Shown here one piece after another: positions 55,403-64,000 of a stretch of 64,000 nucleotides of DNA; positions within the stretch are counted from its first letter, which is position 1, and every line of letters starts with the position of its first letter. The notes beneath the pieces are model-generated. The model was not told where the DNA came from and made no database searches. It worked only from the letters and a program-made list of their open reading frames with translations. The position numbers and the translations under genes were made by a program. The stretch covers positions 7,523 to 71,522 of the forward strand of contig JBCCSZ010000001.1 in NCBI GenBank assembly GCA_039199225.1. The letters run 5' to 3'. This DNA comes from Bacteroidota bacterium (GTDB lineage: Bacteria; Bacteroidota; Bacteroidia; Chitinophagales; Saprospiraceae).

Positions 55403-56707
55403 ATGATTTACCAAATACTTAGCTGGATACTGAAAATAGCTTGTCGGGTTTATTTTCGGAAAATAGAAATACACGGTTCCGTCATTCCCCCCAATCGTCC
55501 GCTATTACTGCTTGCTAATCATCAAAGTGCTTTGATGGACGCCATCGTTTTGGCTGCTTTCTGTCAACGGCCGCTGTACTTCCTGGCAAGAGGAGAGTCC
55601 TTTAATAAGCAGTGGAAGCGCTGGTTGTGGAAACAGTTCAACATGATTCCCATTTACCGCCCGGTACACAGCCCTTCTATGGTGCGCCACAATCCCAATA
55701 TATTTAAGTATTGCCACCAACTGTTCGACGATCGGCAGGCATTGGTGATTTTTCCAGAGGGCATTAGTAAAACCGATCGGCAGCTCCGACCCATCAAAAC
55801 GGGGGCTGCGCGAATCATACTTGGTTTCGAACCAAACACAGAGGAGTTGGCATTGATCCCTGTCGGCCTCAATTACAATGATCCTCATCGCTTTCGAGCA
55901 GAATTAATCATCAACATCGGGGCGGAAATATCTATTAAGCCTTATCGACAAACTTATGCACAAAATCAGTCATTGGCCATCAAACAACTGAGTGAGCAGA
56001 TGGCTCAAGCCCTGAAAAAACTGATCATCGTCGTAGACAAGCCAGAGACAGAAAAGCTGACTCGTCAGCTCGAGCAACACTACAAAGAACATCTTTTGCA
56101 ACAAGCGGCTGTCTTGGAGCGACCCGGCTCTCGTTCTTTCCATCTGAGCAAAGACATTGTACGCGCTATTCACTACTTTGAACAACACAGGCAACGTAAG
56201 GCATCGGAATTGCGGAAGCGAATCTGTTTGTACACCAAAAATTTGAAGGATTTGGGATTGGAGCGTTTGTCTCTTTCCGTGCCAAGGCTAAAGGAGCATG
56301 CTCTACCAATTTGGGTCGATGGACTTGATCGCCTTTGCTACATTGCCTGCTATCCCGTCGGGTGGCTCAGCCGAACAGCAACCCATTTTTTCTGCCAGCG
56401 CCCGGATTTTAAAGGTACTTTACTGCTGTTGTTCGGAACGCTGTCTGCGCTGTTGTATACCATTTCATGGTTGCTGTCGGCCTATTGGTTGACGCATTCC
56501 GTTGGGTTGTGTGTGCTTTTATCACTGCTGTTTGTCTTAATGGCTGTTCGATCGCTCCGCTATATCGATCGTCGAGCTTTTCAAAAAGAAAAGTATTTAC
56601 TTACATCTCTTCGTCCGGATATTGTCCGAGGGTTGGTTGTAGAACGGGAATTCCTTTTATCAGAGCTGGGGCAACTGAAAGAGATCTTTCTCAACGAGCG
56701 CGCCTGA
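55403..56707 (+). CDS. PlsC-type acyltransferase with a C-terminal membrane domain
   Basis: 434 aa with HxxxxD (NHQSALMD) and FPEGIS, and C-terminal TM helices. Confidence 0.8.
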   Translation: MIYQILSWILKIACRVYFRKIEIHGSVIPPNRPLLLLANHQSALMDAIVLAAFCQRPLYFLARGESFNKQWKRWLWKQFNMIPIYRPVHSPSMVRHNPNIFKYCHQLFDDRQALVIFPEGISKTDRQLRPIKTGAARIILGFEPNTEELALIPVGLNYNDPHRFRAELIINIGAEISIKPYRQTYAQNQSLAIKQLSEQMAQALKKLIIVVDKPETEKLTRQLEQHYKEHLLQQAAVLERPGSRSFHLSKDIVRAIHYFEQHRQRKASELRKRICLYTKNLKDLGLERLSLSVPRLKEHALPIWVDGLDRLCYIACYPVGWLSRTATHFFCQRPDFKGTLLLLFGTLSALLYTISWLLSAYWLTHSVGLCVLLSLLFVLMAVRSLRYIDRRAFQKEKYLLTSLRPDIVRGLVVEREFLLSELGQLKEIFLNERA

Positions 56708-57546
56708 ATCTTAACATTTACTGCCTGTAACTAATTCTCTATCAGATCGTCTTACGCTTGAAAGAGTATTGATAGATATAATCGAGTCGTTCATCGAAAA
56801 AGGCAGAGAATCGTCGAAAAGAAATTTGCTTCAAGCGATAAATGGCTTACTTTTAAGCTGTTGACTGTGGAAATTGTACGAATCAACAGCTGTACGATTG
56901 AACCAGCAGAGTGCAGATACGAGGGGATTGGTTCTGGGGAATTCTAGAGCTGGTCGAGCGCGAAAGGCAGGGTTTTTACAACCCATCGGTTCTTCTTCCA
57001 TTTATTTTCAATAGTATGATACAATGATGCAACCATCGCTAAATCCTAGTGTCTTTCACTGAGAATTAGTACTTCGTGTCATTTATCATATTACCCAAAG
57101 TAACTTATGAAACATACCACTCTTGCGAATAGACTACTACTGCATCTAATTTCTGGATCGAGCCCGACCCAGTACAAGCTATCCCGATTGATATGATTTT
57201 GAAGCTAACCAATGCTACAGACGCGCAAGGCAACGCAGTGTCGATGATTCGCACCGAGAGTAGGAATTACCGGATGGCATCCGGAGACGAAAAGATTTGT
57301 TTGGAAACATCCTATGTGAGATAAAACATGGGTTTTCCTCAAACATAAAGATGTATCATACTAATACGTTTTTTTGGATGGCCGGACCACATCAGTGGTT
57401 CCGGCTATACTTATTTCACTGAAAGATATTGTTAAATTGGCGGAATTCAAACTTTTTCTGAAGCCTTGCAGGTCTTTAAAGGCTAGATGTAAACAAAGTT
57501 TGACGGCAATGCGATAATTTGTCGCTATAAGTCCTTATTTGTCCTC

Positions 57547-60471
57547 CTAGTGTTGAACGACAAATTTTCGAACAGCTTCCACTTGCCCAATCCGCAGACG
57601 AGCAAAGTAAATACCAGGCGCAAAGCTTTCTATATCCAACGTCTCACTGCTATCGGTAGCATTTTTCCTGCGGCCCTGTAGGACAACCTTGCCACTGTTA
57701 TCGGTGATGGTCCATGCTACTTCCTGATTGATCATTTCCGATCGATAAGACAATCGCACATAGCTTTCAGCTGGATTTGGATTGAGTTCAAAGCCGAGTT
57801 CCTTGGGTGTAACCCTTTTTACCTGGGTTGTGAGTGTTTCAATACCATACCAAAGCGTCCGGTCTTTTGCCTGATCCAAGTGGATGTGAAAGTGGCCGTC
57901 GCTGTCCGGTAGGTAGGTTGTTGGAGTACTTTGTTGGCCACGCTCGTCCAATGGATAAAGCTTGATGGCAGCGGCCTGTATGTCGAGCTGTAGGCGAACG
58001 TCCAAGGGGAATATACTGGTTGGCGAGCTGCCCCAATTGCCATTTACGGTTTGATTGTCCTGCCAAATCATGTCGCTGTTTTGCAATTTGGAGGACAAGA
58101 CAATGGCAGATCGCTGGCTGTTTTCCAGTGGATCATCTGTCAAAGAAACCCAAGCCAAGGTACCAAAGTCATTGGCAGATTCTAGGGTGAGCTGCCCAAA
58201 ACTTTGTCCATTGGCTTCCTCCAAAAAGCCTGTTAAGCCAATGTATTTCGGGCTGGTAGAACTCAGTAGCCCCTCTGCAGTATTAACGGCTGTTTCATTG
58301 GTAACCGTGGAGAAGAAGGTATTGGCGCTGGGAGGTAGTTGGCCGAGATCGGGTGCATCAGTGGCCTCGTAGCCGGTCGTACGAATGGCGCGGCTCAAGG
58401 CCAATTTATTGTCGTAGGGATGAAATTGTTGCCAGCGGCTTTTATCATCTTGGTGGACCAGCGAATAGACAAATTCGTCCGAATAATCGATTGTAATGGG
58501 TGCTGGGTCGGCTTGCAGCAATTGCTGTCGGAAGATGTAGGCATAAAAAGGAGAAAGCCCCATAAGCGCATGGTTGCGATGGATGCTGAAAAAGCCATCA
58601 ACGCGATCGGCCTCCCAGAGCGAATGGCTGCCGTTGTAGTCATAGATCATCAGCCCGTCGGCATTGTGCAAGGAGGCATAGGCTGTCAGAATGGGGAACA
58701 TCTCCGCCTGGAATCGGTTGGGGAAGGGGTGGTTGTACTCACTGATGGTGTAAGGCTTATCCTTGGCGGCAAGCCCTCCAAAAATGTTGGGCATGGTTCC
58801 CAACGTTTCTTCCCGCACCATTGGCTCATTGGCAATCAACCAATCCTTGTCGGACCAGTAGCCCAAAGGAAAGGATGGATGGTTCCAATAGGCATGATCG
58901 TCTACATAGTCCAGATGGCGCATACTCATGGCATCGCTGTGGCCAGTCAGTGCGTTGGTACCTGTGATGGGGACGCGAACACCAAGTGTATCTTTGAGAT
59001 AGGCATATAGCTCATCGAAATAACGGGTCTGTAAATCAATGTAGAAGGCCGTTTGATCCTCTATTCGCTTGGGGCCGTAGAACTGCCGTTCGGTCCAGGG
59101 GACACGGCGAATGTTGCCTTCTTCCAGGTTTTCATCCTCTTCTAAAGCTTTGATTTCAACTTCAGAAAATCGTACATTATCAAGCCAAACGGTACTGGCT
59201 TGGTTGGCTAAACTGGTGGTCAGCCGTGCTTCCCGGAGGTTGTCTTCCGAGGCGACAATCGTGAATTTATACGTTTGCCATTCCGTATCGAGGTTGAGGA
59301 GGGTGCCGCCATACCAAGTGTAGGGGGCGGTGTGCTTCATCAAGGACGCATAGGCAGTTCGTGGACGGTCCGCTCGTGCAGCAAATCGAATTTCATAGGT
59401 TTTGCCAAGTGTCGTTGTCAGTCCAAACTGATAAAATTGCAGATGCCAATCTTCAGAACTTTGATTGTTAATGTCCACTTTGGCGCAATAGGTACCTTCA
59501 TAGGCATTGGTAGAGTCAATGGTGGCTGTTCCGTTGGCGGCCTGGTGTTGTTCGATGGTCCAGTCGCTGTCTAGGGTACCACTTTCAAAGTCGCCATTGA
59601 TGACTTTATTCATCACGCTGCCAGGGTCGGAAGTTCCCTCGGACCAGGCAGATTTAAGGGTTTTGTGATCGCCGTATTTATCTAGCAAAAACGCCTGCCA
59701 GGCGTCGTCCAACATCCGAGCATGCCGCTGCGGGAGCAGTCCACCTTGAGCAATTGGCTGAAGTTGGTTGGACTTCCAAGCGCCATAGAGTGTATTTTCA
59801 TTACTTATCTCAATCATAGCCACAACGGGATCGTTGGCCGTTGACAATCCTGTGTAAGGATTGGGTGCGGACAACAACTGTTGAGCATATTCCTTTTGAA
59901 GAGCAATCAAATGGGGATCGAAGAAGGTCACGATCTTCGCAAAATCTGGTAAAGAATCGGCATCTGGAACGCCATCGCCTTCCAGGAAAGTTCGGGTTAC
60001 ATGTAAGTTGATATTGGCGTAGATACCTTCTTGCTTCATCTGTGCCAGCAAAAAATGGAAGCGGTCTAAGGAAGTAGGGTTGAGCTGTCGGGTATTGCCA
60101 GAATTGCGGATGAAAATGGTGCCGTTTTGATCGGTCCAGGGATTATCCATATGGTGAAATCGGACCAAGTTGATCCCCATCTTGCGCATTCTCCCAGCAA
60201 TGAAGGCCGCCTTTTGTTTTAAGGGGAAACAAGCCCCTGTGGTAAAATTGACTCCCCAAAAACGGATGTTTTGTCCATTGGCCGTAAAGTGGCCATCTGC
60301 ACTGATGCCAATGAAATCGTCGATGGGAGTGGCTGGAAAAATTGGTAGAAAAAGCTGACTGCTTGTATCATCGTGTGGCATTTCAAAGGAAAAACCATCC
60401 TCGAAGTTTTGAGCAACTGCAAAAGTTGTCAGGAAAAAAGCGACGAAAAGATGGCGGATTCTCTGGTGCAT
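57547..60471 (-). CDS. secreted clan GH-A (GH5-like) glycoside hydrolase with a CBM4_9-like insert and a T9SS C-terminal sorting domain
   Basis: ATG 60471 gives MHQRIRHLFVAFFLTTFAVAQN. Features are GINLVRFHHMDNPW, an acid/base-like EISNEN, INGDFESG...WHLQFYQ (CenC-type CBM), and a C-terminal domain GIYFARLRIG...KFVVQH. Confidence 0.8.
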   Translation of the reverse strand: MHQRIRHLFVAFFLTTFAVAQNFEDGFSFEMPHDDTSSQLFLPIFPATPIDDFIGISADGHFTANGQNIRFWGVNFTTGACFPLKQKAAFIAGRMRKMGINLVRFHHMDNPWTDQNGTIFIRNSGNTRQLNPTSLDRFHFLLAQMKQEGIYANINLHVTRTFLEGDGVPDADSLPDFAKIVTFFDPHLIALQKEYAQQLLSAPNPYTGLSTANDPVVAMIEISNENTLYGAWKSNQLQPIAQGGLLPQRHARMLDDAWQAFLLDKYGDHKTLKSAWSEGTSDPGSVMNKVINGDFESGTLDSDWTIEQHQAANGTATIDSTNAYEGTYCAKVDINNQSSEDWHLQFYQFGLTTTLGKTYEIRFAARADRPRTAYASLMKHTAPYTWYGGTLLNLDTEWQTYKFTIVASEDNLREARLTTSLANQASTVWLDNVRFSEVEIKALEEDENLEEGNIRRVPWTERQFYGPKRIEDQTAFYIDLQTRYFDELYAYLKDTLGVRVPITGTNALTGHSDAMSMRHLDYVDDHAYWNHPSFPLGYWSDKDWLIANEPMVREETLGTMPNIFGGLAAKDKPYTISEYNHPFPNRFQAEMFPILTAYASLHNADGLMIYDYNGSHSLWEADRVDGFFSIHRNHALMGLSPFYAYIFRQQLLQADPAPITIDYSDEFVYSLVHQDDKSRWQQFHPYDNKLALSRAIRTTGYEATDAPDLGQLPPSANTFFSTVTNETAVNTAEGLLSSTSPKYIGLTGFLEEANGQSFGQLTLESANDFGTLAWVSLTDDPLENSQRSAIVLSSKLQNSDMIWQDNQTVNGNWGSSPTSIFPLDVRLQLDIQAAAIKLYPLDERGQQSTPTTYLPDSDGHFHIHLDQAKDRTLWYGIETLTTQVKRVTPKELGFELNPNPAESYVRLSYRSEMINQEVAWTITDNSGKVVLQGRRKNATDSSETLDIESFAPGIYFARLRIGQVEAVRKFVVQH

Positions 60472-61206
60472 GATTGGATGTTTTTGAAGGTGATGACCTC
60501 GGCAAGCGTCAGCGCTTATCAAATATACAAAATACCCACTTGATAAATGGCCCAAAGGGAGACAATGGTTGCCTTGTAGGGCAGTATCCGACAATGCTTT
60601 AAACATATGAGCGAAAAAAGGGAAGTGTTTTTAAAGCACGTTATCAAAATGAGCCATAGCCACTTTTTAGGAGGTCAAAAACCGACTAGATTGTCAGCAA
60701 TTAAAATCCTATTATTATGATGCGTACTTTATTACTTTTCGTTTTGATGATGGCCTGGTTGATTACGATCATCAGTTGATTCAAGTTATAGTTACATTTC
60801 CGTATACAATGATCTCATCGAGGATTGTATACGGAAAATCACTTTTACCTTCTCCAAGTTCATTCCTTCTCAAAGCCTCCTTCAACTCGGAGGTGTCACT
60901 CCTTGCTGTTTCTTCAGAAGCTCTTCTTCAGACTTTTCAAACCTTTTTAGGAGCCTTTCGCAATGGTAGAGCATTGCATCCACAAGGGCTGTAATGTCTT
61001 ATGTGTCGCATTTTAGAAGGGTGAATTTCCTTCTAAGGAAGCATCCTGCCCCTGCCGCTAAAAAAAATCCAATAATTTTTTATTTCCTTTTAGGCTATAA
61101 AAGCTATTGACATTCAATGGATTACGATTGTTTTCTATTGGCTAGTACTATGGTTTAATAAGTACTATGTGTTGCATGGTACTTGGTGAAAGCCTATATT
61201 TGTGTT

Positions 61207-61554
61207 ATGATTCAAAAGAAGGATAAATTGGAAAAAACAAAAGCACAAATGCGACGGGGGGTACTCGAACTGTGTATCCTTTCTATCATATCCGAGCAGG
61301 AGGCATATCCTTCGGACATTATCAATAAGCTAGAGGATTCTCAACTGATTGTTGTAGAAGGAACCCTATACCCTTTACTAACCCGTTTGAAAAATGATGG
61401 CCTATTACATTACAACTGGAAAGAGTCCCTCAAAGGTCCTCCTCGAAAGTATTACCACCTAACCGACTCGGGTAAGGCTTTTCTTGGCGCCCTACTCGAT
61501 ACCTGGAACGATTTGGTAAACGCTGTCAGTCAATCTACTAAAAACATCCATTAA
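61207..61554 (+). CDS. PadR-family transcriptional regulator
   Basis: About 115 aa with RRGVLELCILSII...YPSDI...GTLYPLLTRLKNDGLL. Confidence 0.85.
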   Translation: MIQKKDKLEKTKAQMRRGVLELCILSIISEQEAYPSDIINKLEDSQLIVVEGTLYPLLTRLKNDGLLHYNWKESLKGPPRKYYHLTDSGKAFLGALLDTWNDLVNAVSQSTKNIH

Positions 61555-61556
61555 TA

Positions 61557-62243
61557 ATGAATAAGGTATTCAATATCAATTTAGGAGGCTACCCATTTAC
61601 CATAGACGAAGATGCCTACGAGCATTTGAGCGACTATCTGGATACGATCCACAAACATTTTAAATCGTCGGAAGGCTATGAAGAAATTACTGGCGACATC
61701 GAGGCGAGAATTGCCGAGTTGTTCGAGGAGCATCTTGGCGGTCGGAAGATCGTCACGATCAAGGATGTGAGTGCAGCCATCCGTCGCATGGGAACGCCCG
61801 AGGATTTTGGCGCAGAGCCTACAGGAGATCGCCAAAGGTATGCCTCCGGGGAGTCGGCCATCAAAACGGGTAAGCGACTGTTCCGCAATCCGGAAGACAA
61901 GGTGGTCGGTGGAGTCTGCTCGGGCATTGCTGCCTACTTTGGAATTCAGGACCCTCTCTGGGTCCGCCTGGGCTTCATATTGATTACCATATCTGGTGGA
62001 TTTGGCATTCCACTGTACATCATCCTTTGGGCGATCTTGTCGGAAGCTGGTACGGCTGGCGACCGCTTGGCCATGCGGGGTGAGCCCATCAATGTTTCCA
62101 ATATTGCTCGTACGATCGAAGAGGAAATTGATCATCTGTCAGATACGCTGACGGACTTGAGCAATGATTTTAATTCAAAAAAAAAAGAGATGGTGGAAGA
62201 GATAATGCGAGAAGTACCCTTAAGAAAGGGGTTTCTCTGGTAG
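61557..62243 (+). CDS. PspC-domain protein, N-terminal part (frame interrupted at the A10 run 62177-62186)
   Basis: The PspC motif is VVGGVCSGIAAYFGIQDPLWVRLGFIL...LYIILWAIL. The frame ends 57 nt after an A10 tract. Confidence 0.8.
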   Translation: MNKVFNINLGGYPFTIDEDAYEHLSDYLDTIHKHFKSSEGYEEITGDIEARIAELFEEHLGGRKIVTIKDVSAAIRRMGTPEDFGAEPTGDRQRYASGESAIKTGKRLFRNPEDKVVGGVCSGIAAYFGIQDPLWVRLGFILITISGGFGIPLYIILWAILSEAGTAGDRLAMRGEPINVSNIARTIEEEIDHLSDTLTDLSNDFNSKKKEMVEEIMREVPLRKGFLW

Positions 62244-63727
62244 GAAAGGTCATCAGTAGGGTCGTCCTTACCATCTCTAAAATCTGGAAACCCATAATTT
62301 TTCTAATAGGCTTTGCGCTGATTATTGCATTCTCCATCATGTGGATTTTGTCAATAATCAGTTTTTTCTTGGCTTTACCCTACACAGATTACTTCTTTGC
62401 AGACTCTCGATTTTCTTCAGTTCTCGGCTTCGCCAATGTCTTTTTGATGATCTCTATCCCTCTACTAGGGATGATTTTGCTCTCTGGCAGAATGTTTTTC
62501 CGACGTCACACAAGCCCTCACTTCAGGGCAGGACTGTGGTCGCTTTGGGTTGTCAATTTGATTTCTTTCTTTTTAGTAGCTTCCATGACTGGCCGAGAAT
62601 TCAACCAAGGAACAAAGATTGAAAAGTCGCTTGGCGTGCTGCCCGATGTGGATACCCTGCGGATTGGCGTTGGAAGCAATGAATACGAGGATGCCATCTT
62701 TGCGGTTGGGCCGTTGCAGGTTGCCCAAAATAAGTTGATCAGCCGCGACATCAATCTCGATATTGAACAATCGGACGGCGAACACATTGAGCTGTTGCAG
62801 CGAAATGTTTCTCGCGGAAAAAGCCTGGACGAAGCTCGGCGTTTGGCCCAGGAGGTCAATTATACTCCCGAATTTGGTAATGGCAAGCTAACCATCGATC
62901 CTTATTTTATCATCGATAAGGGAGAGAAATGGCGGGGCCAACACGTAAACCTTGTTCTCCGAGTACCAAAGGGCAAGTCGATTCATTTCAACGACTACAG
63001 CGGTTACTATGTCGAAGACATGGCAATTGATCGTCAAAAAGAGCATCCCTGGCTGGGCAAGGACCAAACCTGGAAAATGGAGGAAGGTGGTTTGGTTTGT
63101 CAAGCCTATCGCGATAAGCACAACTACGGCAAGGAATTAAAATTCGAAGATTTTCACAACATCATCCTCGAAGGAAAGCTCGATGTCTTGGTAGAGCAGG
63201 GTGATGCCTACGAACTGAGCTTAAAAGGAGAAGAATACTATGCCAGCAAGGTGGAGTTTGCTCAAATGGGAAAGACGCTGACGATTTCTTCAGATAAAAA
63301 CCACAACCACGGCGAATTGCGATTGCACATCAAAATGCCTGAGCTGAAAGTTCTCGATGCCGAGTACAGCGGCAAGTTCCGCCTGCAAGGGTTTCGCCAG
63401 GAGAATATGGAAATCAAATACCGTGGCCGCCATGAAATGAAGGCATTGGTGGAAATCGATACCCTTTCGATCAAGCACTACGGACGCGGCCGATTCAGCC
63501 TACGCGGTCAGGGCAACGTGCTGAAGGCAAAGCTGGATAAACGAGCTAGTTTTGATGCAGAACACTTCCGAGTGAGTCAAGCGGAAATCATAGCCAAAGG
63601 CAACAGTCGTGCGACATTGGATGTCGTGGACCAACTGACACAAACCGTCAGCCAAGGCAGCAAAGTCGAGTTGGATGGTGAAGCAGTTGTTGTCGATGTC
63701 AAAAGCAACAAGGGCAAGAATAACTAA
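62174..63727 (+). CDS. continuation of the PspC-domain protein: TM region plus a DUF2807/head-GIN-like beta-helix C-terminus
   Basis: This frame is open from 62174, and the track starts it at ATG 62339. It has four TM segments followed by repeated beta-strand units (LDVLVEQGDAYELSLKG..., LSIKHYGRGRFSLRG...). Reading through the A10 tract with a -1 shift joins it to 61557-62186. Confidence 0.75.
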   Translation, partial: FKKKRDGGRDNARSTLKKGVSLVGKVISRVVLTISKIWKPIIFLIGFALIIAFSIMWILSIISFFLALPYTDYFFADSRFSSVLGFANVFLMISIPLLGMILLSGRMFFRRHTSPHFRAGLWSLWVVNLISFFLVASMTGREFNQGTKIEKSLGVLPDVDTLRIGVGSNEYEDAIFAVGPLQVAQNKLISRDINLDIEQSDGEHIELLQRNVSRGKSLDEARRLAQEVNYTPEFGNGKLTIDPYFIIDKGEKWRGQHVNLVLRVPKGKSIHFNDYSGYYVEDMAIDRQKEHPWLGKDQTWKMEEGGLVCQAYRDKHNYGKELKFEDFHNIILEGKLDVLVEQGDAYELSLKGEEYYASKVEFAQMGKTLTISSDKNHNHGELRLHIKMPELKVLDAEYSGKFRLQGFRQENMEIKYRGRHEMKALVEIDTLSIKHYGRGRFSLRGQGNVLKAKLDKRASFDAEHFRVSQAEIIAKGNSRATLDVVDQLTQTVSQGSKVELDGEAVVVDVKSNKGKNN

Positions 63728-63757
63728 GCGAGCCTAAAAGAGTTGCTGGTTGATCTT

Positions 63758-64000
63758 TTACACATCCTGTTTGGCAAAAGTGAGAATTTCCTCCAAATAA
63801 GTTCGCTCGTTGGACAGGCGTGGGACCTTGCTTTGGCCACCATAGCGGCCTTTGGATCGCAACCAATTGTGGAAACTACCCTCCGGTAAAGCATGAATCT
63901 GCAACTGCTGGAGGGCCATATCCCGATAGCGTTTGGCCTCGTAATCAGAATTGAGCTTTTGAAGGTTTTGGTCGAGTACCCTGGCAAAATCTTCTTTGCA
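63758..64000 (-). CDS. GH3 (auxin-responsive-promoter-like acyl-adenylate) family protein, C-terminal 80 codons (5' end off window)
   Basis: This open frame is not in the track. It reads ...DFARVLDQNLQKLNSDYEAKRYRDMALQQLQIHALPEGSFHNWLRSKGRYGGQSKVPRLSNERTYLEEIL, which matches the conserved C-terminus of bacterial GH3-family proteins. The stop is at 63758-60. Confidence 0.7.
   Translation of the reverse strand, partial: CKEDFARVLDQNLQKLNSDYEAKRYRDMALQQLQIHALPEGSFHNWLRSKGRYGGQSKVPRLSNERTYLEEILTFAKQDV

Noticed and set aside
57010-57363. A 12-bp inverted repeat (TAGTATGATACA at 57010-21 and TGTATCATACTA at 57352-63) flanking the mini-ORFs, considered as MITE or terminal inverted repeats.
   Set aside because: Pairing does not extend beyond 12 bp, and I identified no target-site duplication. 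A rough expectation for a 12-mer inverted match within 1 kb somewhere in 64 kb of AT-biased sequence is of order one to a few, so it is not significant by itself.
56708-57546. tmRNA, RNase P RNA, SRP RNA or 6S RNA in the long gap.
   Set aside because: None of the hallmark motifs is visible by eye. There is no tRNA-like acceptor/T-arm end and no tag reading frame ending in ALAA. The GAGGAAAGUCC P4 block of RNase P RNA and the GGAA tetraloop domain of SRP RNA are also absent.
60669-60675. A perfect Shine-Dalgarno-like AGGAGGT.
   Set aside because: No start codon lies within 5-12 nt. The nearest ATG (60717) is 41 nt away, and SD use is weak in this phylum.

Overview
This window reads as a Bacteroidota chromosomal segment. 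The indications are several T9SS C-terminal sorting domains, DUF2723, DUF4834 and DUF4837 type proteins, a PadR-PspC operon, A/T-rich start contexts without Shine-Dalgarno sequences, and mid-40s % GC by eye. All family names come from reading the translations and from memory of those families; no database search was run.

Content is mostly core housekeeping:
- Replication and repair: nadD, dnaN, ligA.
- Cell shape: mreB-mreC-mreD-mrdA, followed by a translationally coupled CapA-like gene where rodA usually sits.
- Other core genes: tRNA-Asn(GTT), thiL, rpiB, htpG, lspA, an ECF sigma/anti-sigma pair, a MoxR ATPase, thiol-disulfide proteins, acyltransferases, peptidases and T9SS cargo proteins.
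- I saw no transposase, integrase, CRISPR array or recognisable defence island.

Things worth a second look:
1. 35561-35935: two tandem copies of a double-hairpin element. The loop (TACCCCCCAATAAAC) is perfectly conserved, three base pairs differ between copies by compensatory double substitutions, and a downstream G-run is complementary to the loop. This is a candidate uncharacterised structured RNA or structured repeat.
2. 27376-27657: a roughly 70-bp unit repeated four times. Each copy reiterates the leader and start codon of the adjacent PAS-domain gene.
3. 56708-57546: a stretch of about 840 bp with no ORF of 60 aa or more. It carries two ATGA-coupled mini-ORFs and a terminator-like hairpin.
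4. 61557-63727: a PspC-domain gene split at an A10 homopolymer.
5. Two decayed envelope loci: an MBOAT plus partner gene, and a GT39-like remnant.
6. 14524-19648: an azurin-type cupredoxin fused to a beta-propeller, next to DUF1080/PA14, zinc-ribbon and SDR genes.

None of these can be proven novel from sequence alone. Each finding names a decisive check.
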